Positions 14,616 through 28,103 of a stretch of 64,000 nucleotides of DNA are shown here, one piece after another. Each line of letters opens with the position of its first letter. Position 1 is the first letter of the stretch. This DNA is from Eukaryota sp. GEM-RC1 (Eukaryota): positions 1 to 64,000 of the forward strand of contig JAUFOQ010000004.1 in assembly GCA_040285855.1 (NCBI GenBank). Reading direction: 5' to 3'. The position numbers and the translations under genes were made by a program. The notes beneath the pieces are model-generated. The model worked only from the letters and a program-made list of their open reading frames with translations. It did no database searches and was not told the DNA's origin.

Positions 14616-14764
14616 GGAAATAGAAAAACAACAGTTGCCAAAAGGAAAACCACCAAACCAAAAGCAAGTGGAGTATCAAATGCGACAAAGAGTTTGAAAC
14701 CTCCTAAAAACCAATGATTGAGTTTCTGAAACATTCCCAATTACCAAATAACTCTAATCATTGT

Positions 14765-15495
14765 TCAATATTGTCTTTTGATATTGAAACTAGAGAAATT
14801 GATCAAATCCCTGCAGAGACAGTTACACAGGAGTTGGACGATCAAAGAAAGAACGAGAATGAATCTCTCAAAATGAAAAGTGATGCAGAAAAGAAGTGTG
14901 GATTCAAAACCAACAAGTTTTTATGATTTCTGGAGTGTTTGGTCATTTTATAAAAGATCAATTTTACCTTCAAGACAATTTTGTTGCAACTTATGAGTTG
15001 ACTCATGAATCTGATGTTGAACTGCCACCTGATTGTAGAAACCTTCATTTTTTGAAGACGAAAAACAGTTACTAGAGTTTTTGTCAACTATTTGAATGAT
15101 AAAAAACCTTCTATTTTAACTGGATTTAACATCACTGACTTCGATAATGTTGTTTTAGACAAAAGGATTGATACACTTGGAGTCGACTTTCCAGAACCAA
15201 TGCTAGATGACACAACTAAATCTCATCTATCATCTCTATGGCAGAAAGTTTGTTCTGAATGGGCTGGTAGAATTGTCTGTGATTCATACGTCTATGCTAA
15301 GCAATTTATTGTTTCAAAATGTTCAAAGTCTTTAAGATCATTAAGTTGGTTTTTATTAAACGAATCTGAAGGACGTCTTCATGACGAATTTCACCACTTA
15401 TTGCCTATTGATTGTGTTGATGAAAGACCTCAAGAAGTTGTAAACTATTGCTTCAAAGATAGTGTACTAGCATTGAAGTTGTTTTTATTATTTCA
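14765..15495 (+). CDS. Family-B DNA polymerase-type 3'-5' exonuclease (DEDDy) domain, part of the Fanzor polyprotein
   Basis: ExoI ILSFDIET; FEDEKQLLEFF (after -1 fixes); ExoII PSILTGFNITDFD; ExoIII VNYCFKDSVLALKLF; no polymerase palm motifs follow. Confidence 0.8.
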
Positions 15496-15509
15496 ATCAA
15501 ATAAAATAG

Positions 15510-17629
15510 TTCGTCCCACTTTCGTAACACATAAGACTACACTAAAGTCTATTGTCAAACATTTTGGATTAACGTTATTACTCGATTATTATGCTCAATT
15601 GGTTCACAAACTTAGAATGCACACTTCCTATTGTTTGAAGCTGTTTTTATTACACATGGATAAGAATGGTGAAAAATTACCTTTAATTACAAGGAAAGAA
15701 GTAGAACATATTCAAACTCTGTTAAGAAACATCTCTGCTGAACATCATGAGATTGAATTATGTAATCAAGGACGACCTCCCACATATAATGAACACTTGA
15801 AAAACTTTGTTTTAGAAGAATACAAACAAGTAATGCTCAACAATGGAGGAATTCCACTCTTTCCAGCTGCTCATTCCTCACGGCTTATGGCAATGGTTGG
15901 TGAAACTATTAAATCGAATTTGGACACCAATATTAAAATGCGATATGCTCAATACATTGACAAATTTATTAATGTTTATTTTCAAAAGACTGATCAAGAA
16001 GAAAAAATGTCAAAAAAAGAACAGTCTGTTTTTCGTTGGAGACTTAGACAAGTTAAAAATGTCTTTCTTGAAGGTAACAGAAATGACATTCCAAAAACCC
16101 CTGTAGAAATAAAACAATTTATTCAAAGATGTAATACACAAATTCTTCAAGACGACAGTAATAGAAGTTTGAACATTGCAGGTAAAATTAAACTTCTGTG
16201 GGCAACTAACGACTATGTTGAAGAATTGTTTAGAGATAAATATTTTATTGATGTTCTCTTCCCACCATCAATTGATATTCAAAATGCTAATGGTGTTTAT
16301 AAAGAGAAAGTTGTTAAATCTCTACTAAAATCAGTTCGTGAACATCCCCAGTCCTTTATTAAATCTGCGATTCAAATAAATAACTATCTTGAAAATGAAG
16401 GAGCAAGTGCTTACAATGTAATTCCGATTGTTCGTCACGTCACACCAGGTTTCTTTGAAATAGACACACAAGGTCTTTGGGGAATATTACGTTCCACTTT
16501 GTCAACAAAACAAGTGAATGTCAAGAAGAAAATGTCTGAGTGGAATACACAAACTGAAATTCAAAAAATGTCTCCTGCTGAACAAAATCAATTCTGGTCT
16601 TACTTTTTCAACTTTAATCGTCCATTTATAAAGAAAGGTTATAACTTTAACAATACCATTAAAACTGATGGTTTCTCTGCCTGTGTTGAACTTACTAGAG
16701 AGGACTGTGTGGGAATGTCATTTAAACCAGATAATGCAAAGTTCTCCAGTACTGATGAATATGTTCAAGACTATGATATTGAAGAGTTTTCATTGAAAAC
16801 AAAAGTGTTTATTGACCCTGGAAAACAGATTTACTCTATTTTTGTTCAGAGAAAGTAAATAGGCCATTTCCTGAACAAAAAGCCCGTGAAATGAGAAACA
16901 AAGAATACGAGTGGCTAAGATTGACAGAGACAGAATGGTCCAGATGGTCAAGGGTCCATCAAAAGTTTAGAAGGGGAAAGAAAAAAGAATTCATTCTCCG
17001 AGTTGGAAAGACAGTTGAAGAAGAAGAGTCAACATTGTCCATAGAAAATTCGAAATCGACTCTTTATGACACATTCTATGACTATGTTAGTTCCAAACTG
17101 ACAGTTATTGAATCAACATTTGATTACTACTGTTTGATGATATGGCGCATTCAAAAATGCAAAGATACGTCCATATTCAAAAAACAGAAAGTAAGTTGTT
17201 GAAAAATATGACTGCAAAAGGATGGAATAAAAATGACTGTGTATTGATGTTTGGTGACAATGGTAATAAGATGCAAAACCTAAAACATCTCCGATCAAGT
17301 AGAGGTGTTGGTTGGAGAAACTTCTTTAAGAGAAATGGTTACAATATTGTTTTGGTAGACGAGAGTTACACGTCTTCAAAGTGTCCTACTTGTTGGGGGC
17401 CAGTTAAAGTGTTCAAAGAAATCAGTAATCCAAAACCATGGAAAGAGAGAAGAAACCTCTGGTAAAGTGTCACGCTTTGTTGAGATGTAAGTCCCAAGAA
17501 TGTAGAGAAGAATGTCATGGTAGCGCCAAGGTTTGGAATCGTAACAAGTTAGCATGTATCAACATCAAAACCATTGTGGAGCATCATTTGGAGCGGGGTC
17601 TAGGAGTTAGACCCAGTTATTTGTCATAG
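15510..17629 (+). CDS. Fanzor1 (eukaryotic TnpB-derived RNA-guided nuclease), split by three -1 shifts; RuvC-III Asp to Asn
   Basis: FVTHKTTLKSIVK N-terminus; TIKTDGFSACV; RuvC-I FIDPGK(TDLLY); FGD; RuvC-II LVDESYTSSKCPTC; HALLRCKSQEC; RuvC-III WNRNKLACINI; terminal RPSYL. Confidence 0.9.
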
Positions 17630-17643
17630 TCATAGTCATAGCG

Positions 17644-17995
17644 TTTTTACTACAGTGAATCTGTAGCATTATTGAATCTTAGAATTTGTCAGACATCTTC
17701 TCAGATTCATGGACGAACCTGCTGGATTCCAAACTTTACCGTACTCAGAACACAATTTACCAAAGGAAATTAAAAAACCATGTGCAGCTGGTCCAATATT
17801 ACCGTATATCGACATCGCAAAAGGTTGAAATACAAAAGAATTGTACCTGTCAACATTCAATTGGTTAATTTAGTAAATGGAAATGCTTCCAAATAGAGCT
17901 TTAGAACTTTTTACTACAGTGAATCTGTAGCATTATTGAATCTTAGAATTTGTCAGACATCTTCTCAGATTCATGGACGAACCTGCTGGATTCCA
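17644..17995. repeat. 88-bp direct duplication (17644-17731 = 17908-17995) enclosing a 176-bp antisense RLE-LINE fragment
   Basis: Identical sequence; the insert encodes FQPFAMSIYGNIGPAAHGFL, similar to LCPFAISIYGRLG in the LINE at 24545-28103. Confidence 0.9.
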
Positions 17996-19760
17996 TCCCA
18001 TTGGAGCTCTCAAGCTTCTCAATGTACAGGATCCTCAAGCTCAAGATCTACATTTGAATTCATGTCTTTCTCGTGACCTTGTTGTCGCTGCTTTTCCGAA
18101 TACTTTGTATTTCTTTTCGCTTTCCGATAGAATTCGAACAACCACACCTACCGTCTATACAGTAGCTCTTTCTAGAGCAGTTTCATTCATTTCGCTTTCT
18201 AAAGATGGTTCATTCCTCGCAACTCTTTCTTCTAATTCGCAATCAGTTTTAGACATTTACCACATTTCCAATCCACTTTCTTCATCACCCTCTAAAGTAG
18301 CTTCTCATTCATTTAATTTACGGTGTTCATCTATTTCTTTTCACAAAAATCTTATCTTTCTTTCTTCCGATTCATCTCTGTTGTGTCTCAAATTCGAGAA
18401 CCGGTCCCTTTCTTTGCTACACGAAGTTGATCTTCCAGTACCTGTTATTTCTTCCACTCTCTCCCCAAATTCACCCCTACTTGCTCTTTCCTCTTCTACT
18501 GGTTCTATCATCATCGTAGACTTCGATCCATCGGGCTCTAACCCTCCTGATGTTCTTCCTTCTACTATCAATGTTCCTTCCCCCACTTCTATGGTCTGGT
18601 GCTTAACTCCTGATCGATCTAAAACAGTTCTATGTGTGGGCTCCACCCAGTCATCATCGATTTCTGTTTTTTCATAACTCTGGACGTTGACTCGACATTG
18701 GTTACTTCTAAAACATCTTCTTGTGATCTATTGGTCTCTTCTCTGTTTATGACGTGTGTGTCTGATCTTGGACTAATTGTCATTGGACAGAAATCAAATG
18801 AGCCTCTTTTGATTGGCCATAATTTTGATGCCGATCCTATAATTGATTGTGCCGATCCAGACTACGAAGCAACAGTTTCTGATGGTGTTTTTGCAGCACT
18901 GTCCAGTGGGGTTTTTACTTGGCAAGGTCAAAATCATCACATCACAATTGCTCTTTCTTCTTCTGGTACTGTCTCCTTCTACTCTGTGTTACTTCCGTCA
19001 AAACTTCATGAAAATATCAAATTGGAAGCTGCCAAGGAAGAAGTTGATATCGGAAGGGATTTAAAGCCTGACGATTTAGAGAAAGGATTTGAACAATCAC
19101 AAGTATCTTCAGATTCTACACCTTCCGTTCCCAACTTTGGGAAACCCTCCAGCTTTTTCCCGTCTGTTTCCTCACCGTCTTTAGTTCAACCTAAACATTC
19201 CTTCTCTAAATCACCCACCAAGTCCAATCCCATTGATTTGTTCTCTTCTTCTCGTCCTATAGTAAGCAGGGAGGACATGGGGAAAGTTAAGAGAGGAGAA
19301 CGAGCTGCGCAGAAGGAAGAACATGTTCGAAAACATCTACAGGAGATGTATTCAAAATTACATTTAACAAAAAGGATTAAAAAGTTCTCTCAAATGGTTG
19401 ATGGTTCAAATGTTGATCAAAAATTCGATCTATTTCTGACAAGTTGAGATCTATTAATTTAAAAGAGACTTCAATGTCCAAGTCTACCAAATTAATGCAA
19501 ATAATTCAAAATTATGAAGAAGAAACCTATAGTTCATGCAGTTTTATTTATGAAGAAATGAAATCACAGAAATCTTCTTTAATTGAACAAATTGAGCTTT
19601 CACTTCAAAATATTTCTGATTGTGATAATTCTTTGAGGAAAAAATATTTAAATATGTTGACCAAATTCAACCGGTAGTTGATGATAGTTTGTTGTCTAGA
19701 TATTTGGATGAAGACATTCCAAAATGCAAAGGCAAAATTCAAAGTTTGTTCAATTTTTGA
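17973..19760 (+). CDS. Beta-propeller (WD40-like) protein with Ser/Phe-rich linker and coiled coil, possibly Nup214/Nup159-like; frameshifted
   Basis: 'ISLSKDGSFLA' and 'LSPNSPLLAL' blades; consecutive overlapping ORFs 17973-18677, 18632-19447, 19444-19677. Confidence 0.55.
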
Positions 19761-20230
19761 CTATTTTAAATGACTCCATATCTCAACCAAAATCCCAACA
19801 ATCACGTACAGTTGATCGATCACCTTCCCCTCACGGATTCGAGGACTACATTAGAACACCATCGCCATCACCGACATAAACAGTAAACTATTAAAATTAC
19901 ACTAATCGGTGTAATTCGCCTATGCCAATGGTTTTTAGCCTCCTAAAATTAGAAATAGTCTTTATGGTGTTTCGTATGCATTACATGTACAATGTATTAT
20001 GTATTACAATTGATATCATACCTGTACAGCTGATGTACTTGAAAAATACAGCCACTTCCCCAAATATACTACAACAAAGTACACATAATTCAGAAGAATA
20101 CAAAATAATCCTTCTTTAGAAAACAATGACAAAAGTCATGGTGAGAACGGTTATGTTTAAAAGCAAGAACTATAATGACAAAAAATATATGGGTTTCACA
20201 ACAGGTACTCTAATAGTTAATTTCAATACT

Positions 20231-21023
20231 TAGGGTTGGGCAAAACTCCACTCGAGTTCTACGAGTAGACTCCAAACTCCACTTCACTCCACTTCACTCC
20301 AAATTTCTACGAGTTGGAGTCGAGTTGGAGTTTTATCAAAATTTTACGAGTAAGTCGATTTGGAGTGAAACTTGCTATATCATTAGCATTCCTACGAAAG
20401 TATTGTACATAATTTACAAAAAACACCTATATCAAGGAGAGTTACACTATTTGTAGTTATCTTTGACCAAAAAGAAAATAAACTTATCTATGGTTTCGTT
20501 TAAAAGCTCAAAAAGTTACCTGTGTAAACTTCTTAAACAAATTCTGAAGACAGTTTATGAAATAACTTCGGAAACTCTTCTTTAGTAACCATTGAAATAT
20601 TCATAAAAAATTAGAAAGGTTCTTTGTGATGACATCATCACGGTGGGTATCTAACAGTGTTTGTTTTAGTTTGAATCGAAACACATTGAGTCACTGTATA
20701 CCTCGGAGATGATACCGGAAGGTATGGGGAAAGAATGGGGGAAGGTAAAAGGTGTTTATAAAGTGAAATAACTGACTACGTAACCATACTAATAATACCT
20801 TTGGCTAACAAAGAAGTGCCAAAAGCGAAAAATGAGACGAATTTTATAAAGACAAAAATTCAACAAATTTGTGTGAAGTGAAGTCTACAAGTGACTTGAG
20901 TTGGAGTGAAGTGAAGTTGGAGTGAAGTTCACTTGTAATATTTATTGTTTGGAGTGAAGTCGAGTTGGAGTTCTCATATTTCCACGAGTGAAGTGAAGTC
21001 GAGTTGGAGTTCACCCATCCCTA
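20231..21023. mobile_element. Non-autonomous hAT-type element with TTGGAGTGAAGT subterminal repeats
   Basis: TIR TAGGGTTGGG...CCCATCCCTA; TSD tCAATACT/gCAATACT. Confidence 0.85.
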
Positions 21024-21129
21024 GCAATACTGTTGCTAAGAAATTTTGGACCCCAATCATATTTGGTCCAATGTACTGCAATTTATTGGACCAATTATAT
21101 ATCAAAAAATGATACAAATGTTGATAAAA

Positions 21130-22265
21130 TTACATTAATCATTCAACATTAAAGTTTCTCATCACATTTTCAAAATCCAACGAATACTACAGAAACTGAT
21201 TCAACCAAACTTCCTTATCATGCATTCTTTTCTGCTTCTTTTGGTGGTGTTGGATTTTCTAGAGCGGAGTATTTGTGTCAAAGTGCATATCTTGGTGGTT
21301 TGAAAAACTTTCTTTTGAATTCCGTTTGAGATTTAGTGATGTGTTTTGACAAATAATCGCACAGAATTCCGTGTGGTTACGGCCTCTTGATTCTGTCATT
21401 CAAAACCTATCTGCTGACATTTGGAACAAGTGTTTTCCTAAATCAATCTCTTCTATTCCTGATAGGTCAATCGAGTTTCTACATTTATCTGTGGTAAAAT
21501 TGCAAAATTGAGTTTTGCATGGCTTAGAGGACTTGGATTTTTCTAAGCGTCTTAGTGTTACTAAGGTAAATAATCCCGTCTTTGCTGCTTTTCTTTTGGA
21601 TTTGAAAAACTGTTCATCGTTTATCACTCAACAGCCTAGACCTTATGGTCTTCATCTCAATAATGAGGCTTCGAAACTTAACATGCGTCTTCGCTTAGGT
21701 CTGTTTTATTGTTAGCTAATACTATGTGTTGTTCTGAAAAGAGACCAAAAGCTGATTCCAGACACGTTATAAGTTACAAAAAATTTCTTCAGTTTAGACC
21801 GATTTTACAATGCTGTTCATGACGTTACGTATGATATGTTTAAATTTCATGGGTTTAATGCCAAAATCGAACCTCTTCTTAAGCATTATAGTGATGAATA
21901 TTATACCAATTCTCGACGTGGTGATCTCATTGTTCCATATCTTGATTTTTGTCAAGCTGTGATAGATTTTACTACTGTTGATCCATGTGCTAAAGTATAT
22001 TTGAATTCAGTTTCGAGTGATACTGAAAATCATTTATCCAAAGCTGAAAAAGAAAGATTAGTACATATTCTGACACAATGATCAAACTAAATTCCAATTT
22101 GTATTCTTCTTTTAAGTTCATTCTTTTGCTATTTCAATTCTTGGTACTATTGGATTTGCTGCTGAAAATTTCTTTGATGCCTTTTCAAAGTTGTGCCGTG
22201 ATCATAGGAAAAATTTTAATCAGTCTCTTTGGCGTAATCGAATTGTTTTTTCCTCATATAGAAGT
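21130..22265 (+). mobile_element. Degenerate 3' half of an RLE non-LTR retrotransposon
   Basis: FGGVGF; NPVFAAFLLDLK; KIEPLL...RRGDLIVP...IDFTTVD; homologous to the LINE at 24545-28103. Confidence 0.8.
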
Positions 22266-23803
22266 TTAAACGTAAAACACAAGAATGGTACTATATCATA
22301 TCATAATAGGATACATTACCAGTATCTTCCATATAATTTGAAGTGATTCTCGTAATTCAGGTTTCACATGTTGGATTTTCAACCTTGTGTTGGTTTACCT
22401 GAAAGACTACAAAGAATGATTGATTTTTGGGGATAAAATTGTCGTCTTTAATGACTAATTGGTGAACTTCTTAACGCCAATTTTCAGCTGATTACATATA
22501 GATGTCTTTCTCACAGTTTGTCGTTTTTAAAGGTTGATAAACATGATTGTTAAGATTAAGTGTTCAACTGGTATGTCTATCATAGAGCAACCTAATGTTT
22601 GCTGAAAAAACATCAGAATATTAGCATCTCTGAAGTCATCCAGAAGCTACCGTAATCTAGAAGTTAGGTTCATTGTCTGCGTTGAATATATGGCTTTGCA
22701 GGTTTCGATTAAAGAAGTGACAGTTTGATTTGGTTTTGTTAAATTAGGAAGCGTGAATCTGCACACTACGAGTTGAGTTTACAGTTTTTTATTTGGTACA
22801 CAAAGAAGTAACCTTGTTAAACAAATATGAATTTATACAGAAATAACATCAAAACTAAATCTTAACGAGTTCATCCCTTTCTGGAAAAAGATTACACTTT
22901 TCAACATCAAACTTGTAAAGTTTCCCCGCTAATAGAGAGAAATAGAAAGGCATATTGAATGCAAAACACAAAAGTGTTTTTACATTCAGACATTCTAAAC
23001 TTACTCTTCTCTTATTTACACAGTTCTTCAAAATCCTTGACAAATTGTTCACCTTCCGCAACGAAGAAGATGACGATGAGATATCGCAGGACGAAGCGGT
23101 CCAAAAGAGAAACAACAAAACGTTGAAACATAAATTTAGAATACGAATTTCGATTTAATTCTTCTATTTGAGAGTCATTCTTGGAAAGTTGGACTTTTTT
23201 AGCAGCAGCTAACAGATTAAAAGAAACCCAAGATTTGTTACCAACATCTTCTGTGGTAAAATCCATTGATAATTGACTCGATTTTAGCCACGGAGTATGA
23301 AAATACATTCTTTTTTTTTTGAAAATGTTTGTGTACAGTGTTTTTCGTTGAAGTATTTCGGATATTTTGGAGTTGTTAGTGTTGTTTTGCCACATTGAGA
23401 GCTCAAGATCCTACAATATTCTGACATCAATAAGGGGAGTACTGTAGTACATCATGTATAGACCAGGGATCGAAAAAAATATATTGTATTGCAATATATT
23501 GAAATAAATTATATTGCAATAAATATTGCACGTCTTTTGATGCGCAATATATTTATTGCAACAAAGGGTTTATTGCAATTTATTGCAATATATTTCCAAT
23601 ATATTGCAATATGTCACAACGAGATTTATGCAGAGTAACTCTAACAAGTCTTGTTCATAAGAACACTTTCTTTCACTGTATATCCACTCCAAGTCCAAAA
23701 AAGTTAAAAGGCGACCTACAGTTGGTTTCTACATCTCTATTGTCATCACTCAACACATACTTCAAGCAATGAGATTTGTGGAAACTGGTACATGTGTTAA
23801 TTT

Positions 23804-24536
23804 CAGTGTTGTACCATAACCGAATTTTCAAATGCCATGCGCCTATGGCCTATGGGTCATGGCTTTCGGACGCATGGCGCGAAAATACGCATGGCGCCTT
23901 GGCAATGATTTCGATATCCAACCAAGTTAGTAGATATTACGTAAATGAAGACATATCGATATATCCCAGTATGTATTATTGGTTTGTAATTGCAAATCCG
24001 TTCTCACACAATCCGTTTCACAATCAATTTGAATCGAGTTCTGATTTTGATGATTCTCTTACTCCTGTTACATGGTGGAAATCAAATGGTACAGCATCCT
24101 GTGTAGTCAAGAAGCTTGCCATTAAGTAAATTTCACAAGTATGTTCAGCAGGAGCTTGTGAAAGGGTTTGGAGTTCCTATGCCTTTATTCACTCAAACAG
24201 AAGGAACCGGCTCACAACCAAAAGAGCTAGGAAGTTAGTGTATGTGCACTTTACTTCCAAATTCCAGAAACAAGCTGGTCTTATGAAACAAAGATGGACA
24301 GAACACAGCATGGACAGCGATTCTGACTATTAGAGCTCTTTATATAGGTTTAATAAATAACATTCTTTAAGTATACGTATCATAGAACAACTGTACATGC
24401 TCATGTAGTACAGTGTCATTGTTGGAATAACAACACGTGTTAACACGCCATAACAACACGGCCATAATCAGAAAATGCCATGCGCCTATGGACGCATGGC
24501 GCGCATGGCAGTTATGGCCGTCATGGTACAACACTG
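23804..24536 (+). mobile_element. Internally deleted hAT element with a transposase dimerisation-domain remnant
   Basis: TIR CAGTGTTGTACCAT; perfect TSD GTTAATTT; TPVTWW...KLAIK*...SAGACERVWSSYAFIHSNRRNRL. Confidence 0.9.
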
Positions 24537-24544
24537 GTTAATTT

Positions 24545-27500
24545 GACATTTCTTATAGTTTATGGAATGAAAACACTAAAATAAACACAAATACTAGAAC
24601 TCAATATCATTAAAGCAACAATCATTGCCATTAAAACTCACATCAGCTTTTTCTTCATAAAAAACACTGAGAGCTAATAGAGCTTTTGAAATCATGATAG
24701 GAATTGTTTTAAATATTGTAAAAACAATACGATTCAACCAAAATTTGAAATCAAATTTCTTGTTCATTCTTTTTTAACCACTTTCTCAAAATCGGAGAGA
24801 AAACAAAGAGCATCTCTACCAAGTCGACCATAAATTGAAATTGCAAAAGGACATAATTTGTACTCAACATGTCTAATATGTTTGAGAGCAGTCAGTGGTT
24901 CATCATATTTGTTTCTCTTGTATTGTTCTGAAGAATTCAGTGGAGAAACTTCATTTTTAGCATCCTTGAAAGCACTTTTTTTGCAAACATCCACAGTAAT
25001 CACATCAACAACGGTTAGTTCATCGTTGACTGATGGAACTATGACATCAGCTCTTCTTTTACCAAAAGTCTTATCAGAATCACTATTTTTTGAATTATTG
25101 ATTTCCAGTGACCTCAACAGTGGCTCAACGAAAGATTCGATTTTGTAGGACTTACACATGGCATGAATTTGATCTCTAACAGCATCATGAATACAAGTTC
25201 TATAAGTAATGAAACGATTACAACTCAAAAGGTGAGAAAAAGTAACTAATTTACCACATTTACATTGAAGATCATTGGGTAAATTAGAGGGCCACAAGAA
25301 ACATCGAAGTCTGAATGTTGTAGTCCATTGATGATCATTCAACAACAAACCATAAATCTGAGGAATTTGGTTATTCAAAGCAACTGAAGAACTGTCCTTC
25401 AAATCGATTAAAAATTTGCGAAAGCTGGATTTTTTTCTTTGGCCGAGCCAAGTCGAATTTTAAAATCCAGACATTCAAAATGTTTTAAAAGGTGTTTTTG
25501 GAGTTTCTTAAGAGCAAATTTTAACGAGGTGACACATCGTTCTGGTATTTCACAAATATCTGCTGGAAAACAAGTTTGCCAGAGGTCAGGTGAAATTAGC
25601 GACAATTCTGATCTCAAATTTACCAAGAAAAAACTAGTTGTCGAAACAAGAAGATTTTCTTGACCTGGGTACCGTCTACAGAACTCAAAGACAAAATTCT
25701 TACCACCACCAATGAAAGCAGATTTGGTCCACCATTTAGACGAAGTGAAACCAATACCACCAAGATGAGGATCTGAGAAGATGTGATTGTTCAAAGCAGC
25801 AGGATCCACTGATAACAAAAATGCAAGAAAGTCAGTACGAATTTTGTTAAAGCTTCTACAGAAGTTATAGGTAAGTACAGGGGGGAGAGAGCGAAGCAGA
25901 TGAGTAACTTTTCCTGAATAACAAATTTTTAGCATAAAGAATTTGAGATGTTTTTCCAGTTGCAATTCCTTAATTTGATCTAATTCTTTTCGCATCGAAT
26001 CCAAATATACATTCAGATCTTTAACAATGTTGTCATGTGAACCAAGATAACAACCTAGAAATCTAAAGCTTGAAGATAAATAGTTCACAAAGGGAACCTC
26101 TAAAGAATTAACAATTAAAGTTACAGGTACCTTGGCAATCAAAAACATTTTTGCACATTTAATTGAAGTCCAATTGCATCGTACAAATCAGCAGCCTGAT
26201 TCGCAATAATACGAAGAGTTGACATAGGAGCAATAAAAGAAATGTCATCCATATAAGCTACGATTTCTAAGTCTGCATGTTCTTCTTTGAGTTTTTTCAG
26301 GATTGGATGAATAGCCAAACAAAAAAGAAGGGACCAAGAGGATCTCTTTGTTTAACACCAGAAACAGAATTAAGAACAAATGAATTAAAAACTAAGTCAG
26401 AAGAGTGACCATAAAAACAATGAAAAAGGTATTTAATTCTGGAAAACTCTTTTCCAATTCAGAACAAATGGCAGATCGTTTAACAGAATTAAAAGCATTC
26501 TTAAAATCCAAATTGAAAATGCAATTATTTTCAACCGCATTGAAGAAAACATCAGAAGAAAGGGCAGCTACAGAAGCTCCATCAATGGTTTTAATACCAT
26601 ATTGATAAGGTGAAAAGAAATCCTTGGCTTTGTTCGAAATTCTTCCAAAGACAACAGAAGCAAACAAACGGTAAATAGCTTCACCGACAGCAATAGGACG
26701 GATTTTCTTGTTAGGCTTAATCAGAGCAACCAAACGAGAAGCAGACAACTCTTTAGGAGGAACAACCTTCGATAACAAAACATTGTTGAAAAAGAGACAT
26801 AAATCTTCAACAATAAGTGAATTTTGACGTGAAACAGATTTGAGCATATCAAAAGTAATACCTGAAGGTCCAGGAGCTTTTCCTGAAGGGAGTTTTAAAA
26901 TACAACTCATCAACTCATCCACTCTAATGGGGTTTTCTTTCCAATACAAAGAAGGCATCGGCTTGACAGGACAAAAATTTTCCAATGGATGAAGAGCCTG
27001 AAGTTGAGAAACAGTGTCCTCAGAAACAGGAGCAAGATCTGATGAAAACAAGGCATTCTTAGCTGAACCATACCTACCTCGAAGAAGTTGTTGACGTACA
27101 ACTTTTTCCTTTGGTAATTTCTTTGGAGCAAACACTTTCTTAGGGCGAGTGCAGGATTGAGATTGTTTCTCAAGAAAAAACTTCCAGATGTGAAGAACAT
27201 CCCAAGAACCTAGTGAAAGCGCTAGAGTAAAAGACCGAAAAGCAATAGAAAAAGGAATGGAACCTTTGGGGCTGAGTTGATTTGGAATTTTCACAGGAGG
27301 TCGAAGAGTATCAACAGAGAGACAATCTCCACAAATCAAATAATTGTTTTTAATTAGGCAAGACGCCGAAACAGTTTTGCAAAAATTACATTCATTGGAC
27401 TGACCAAATTTTGTAAAAGAATTGTCAGAAAGAGGCTGGACGTTGTCTTCTGCCGTAACCTCAGAAGTGACAGCCAGATTGTCAACAACATTTGAGACTT

Positions 27501-28103
27501 CTGCAATGGCAGCCGATAGGGAATCAGGAATTTTAGGCAAATCAAAATTTGGACAAACTTTCTGATTTTTTCGGTGACCTAATTGACCACAAGAAGAACA
27601 GTTAGGTAGAGCTCTTTTTCGAATTTGCTGAGAAGCAGGGATCGGAACTTCAGGAGAAGATTTGATGGAAGTAGAAGCAGCGTTAGACTCAGAGAAGACA
27701 TCAGAAAAGAAGAAGTATTAGAGGGAACAAAAGTGGGATTAGAAGAACAAAGAGGCAAAGAACTTGGCAACTCAACTGGACGTGAAGCTAGAACCTTATT
27801 GACAAGAGGGCTCACAGGAAATACAGACTCTGAAACACGAGACATAGAATCACCAGAAGAAGAAAGATGACTTACGGAAAGAGCAGAAGAGGGAGTCACA
27901 GAAGATTTACTGCTAACCAGGGAAATCCGAGTAAATGGACGCACAAGTGGAGCTGAAGGACGACTTAGAGCAGAAGATGGAGTACCCGCAAGCTTAGCCG
28001 CTATGCATGGTGACATTCTTGGTGTCCTGTACCTTGGTTTATTAGGGAAGACGAAGACTGCCAGAAATTCTGGCAGAACTTCCTATCATGAAGTTGAAAA
28101 AAA
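24545..28103 (-). mobile_element. Near-full-length non-LTR retrotransposon, CRE-like, with RT and restriction-like endonuclease
   Basis: KAPGPSG, LVALIKP, IRPIAVGE, LDFKNAFNSV, GVKQRDPLGP, AYMDD, FLG, CKCG...HLLSC, HDAVRD, RRADV...VDV; 12-bp flanking direct repeat ACTGGTTAATTT. Confidence 0.92.

Noticed and set aside
14375..14740. Antisense and alternative-frame ORFs over the T/E repeat
   Set aside because: Shadow frames of a coding minisatellite
14765..16858. Complete PolB of a Polinton or virus
   Set aside because: No polymerase motifs (SLYP, YGDTDS); the sequence after ExoIII is Fanzor
22855..23395. Possible gene fragments
   Set aside because: Short, broken, with no recognisable motif
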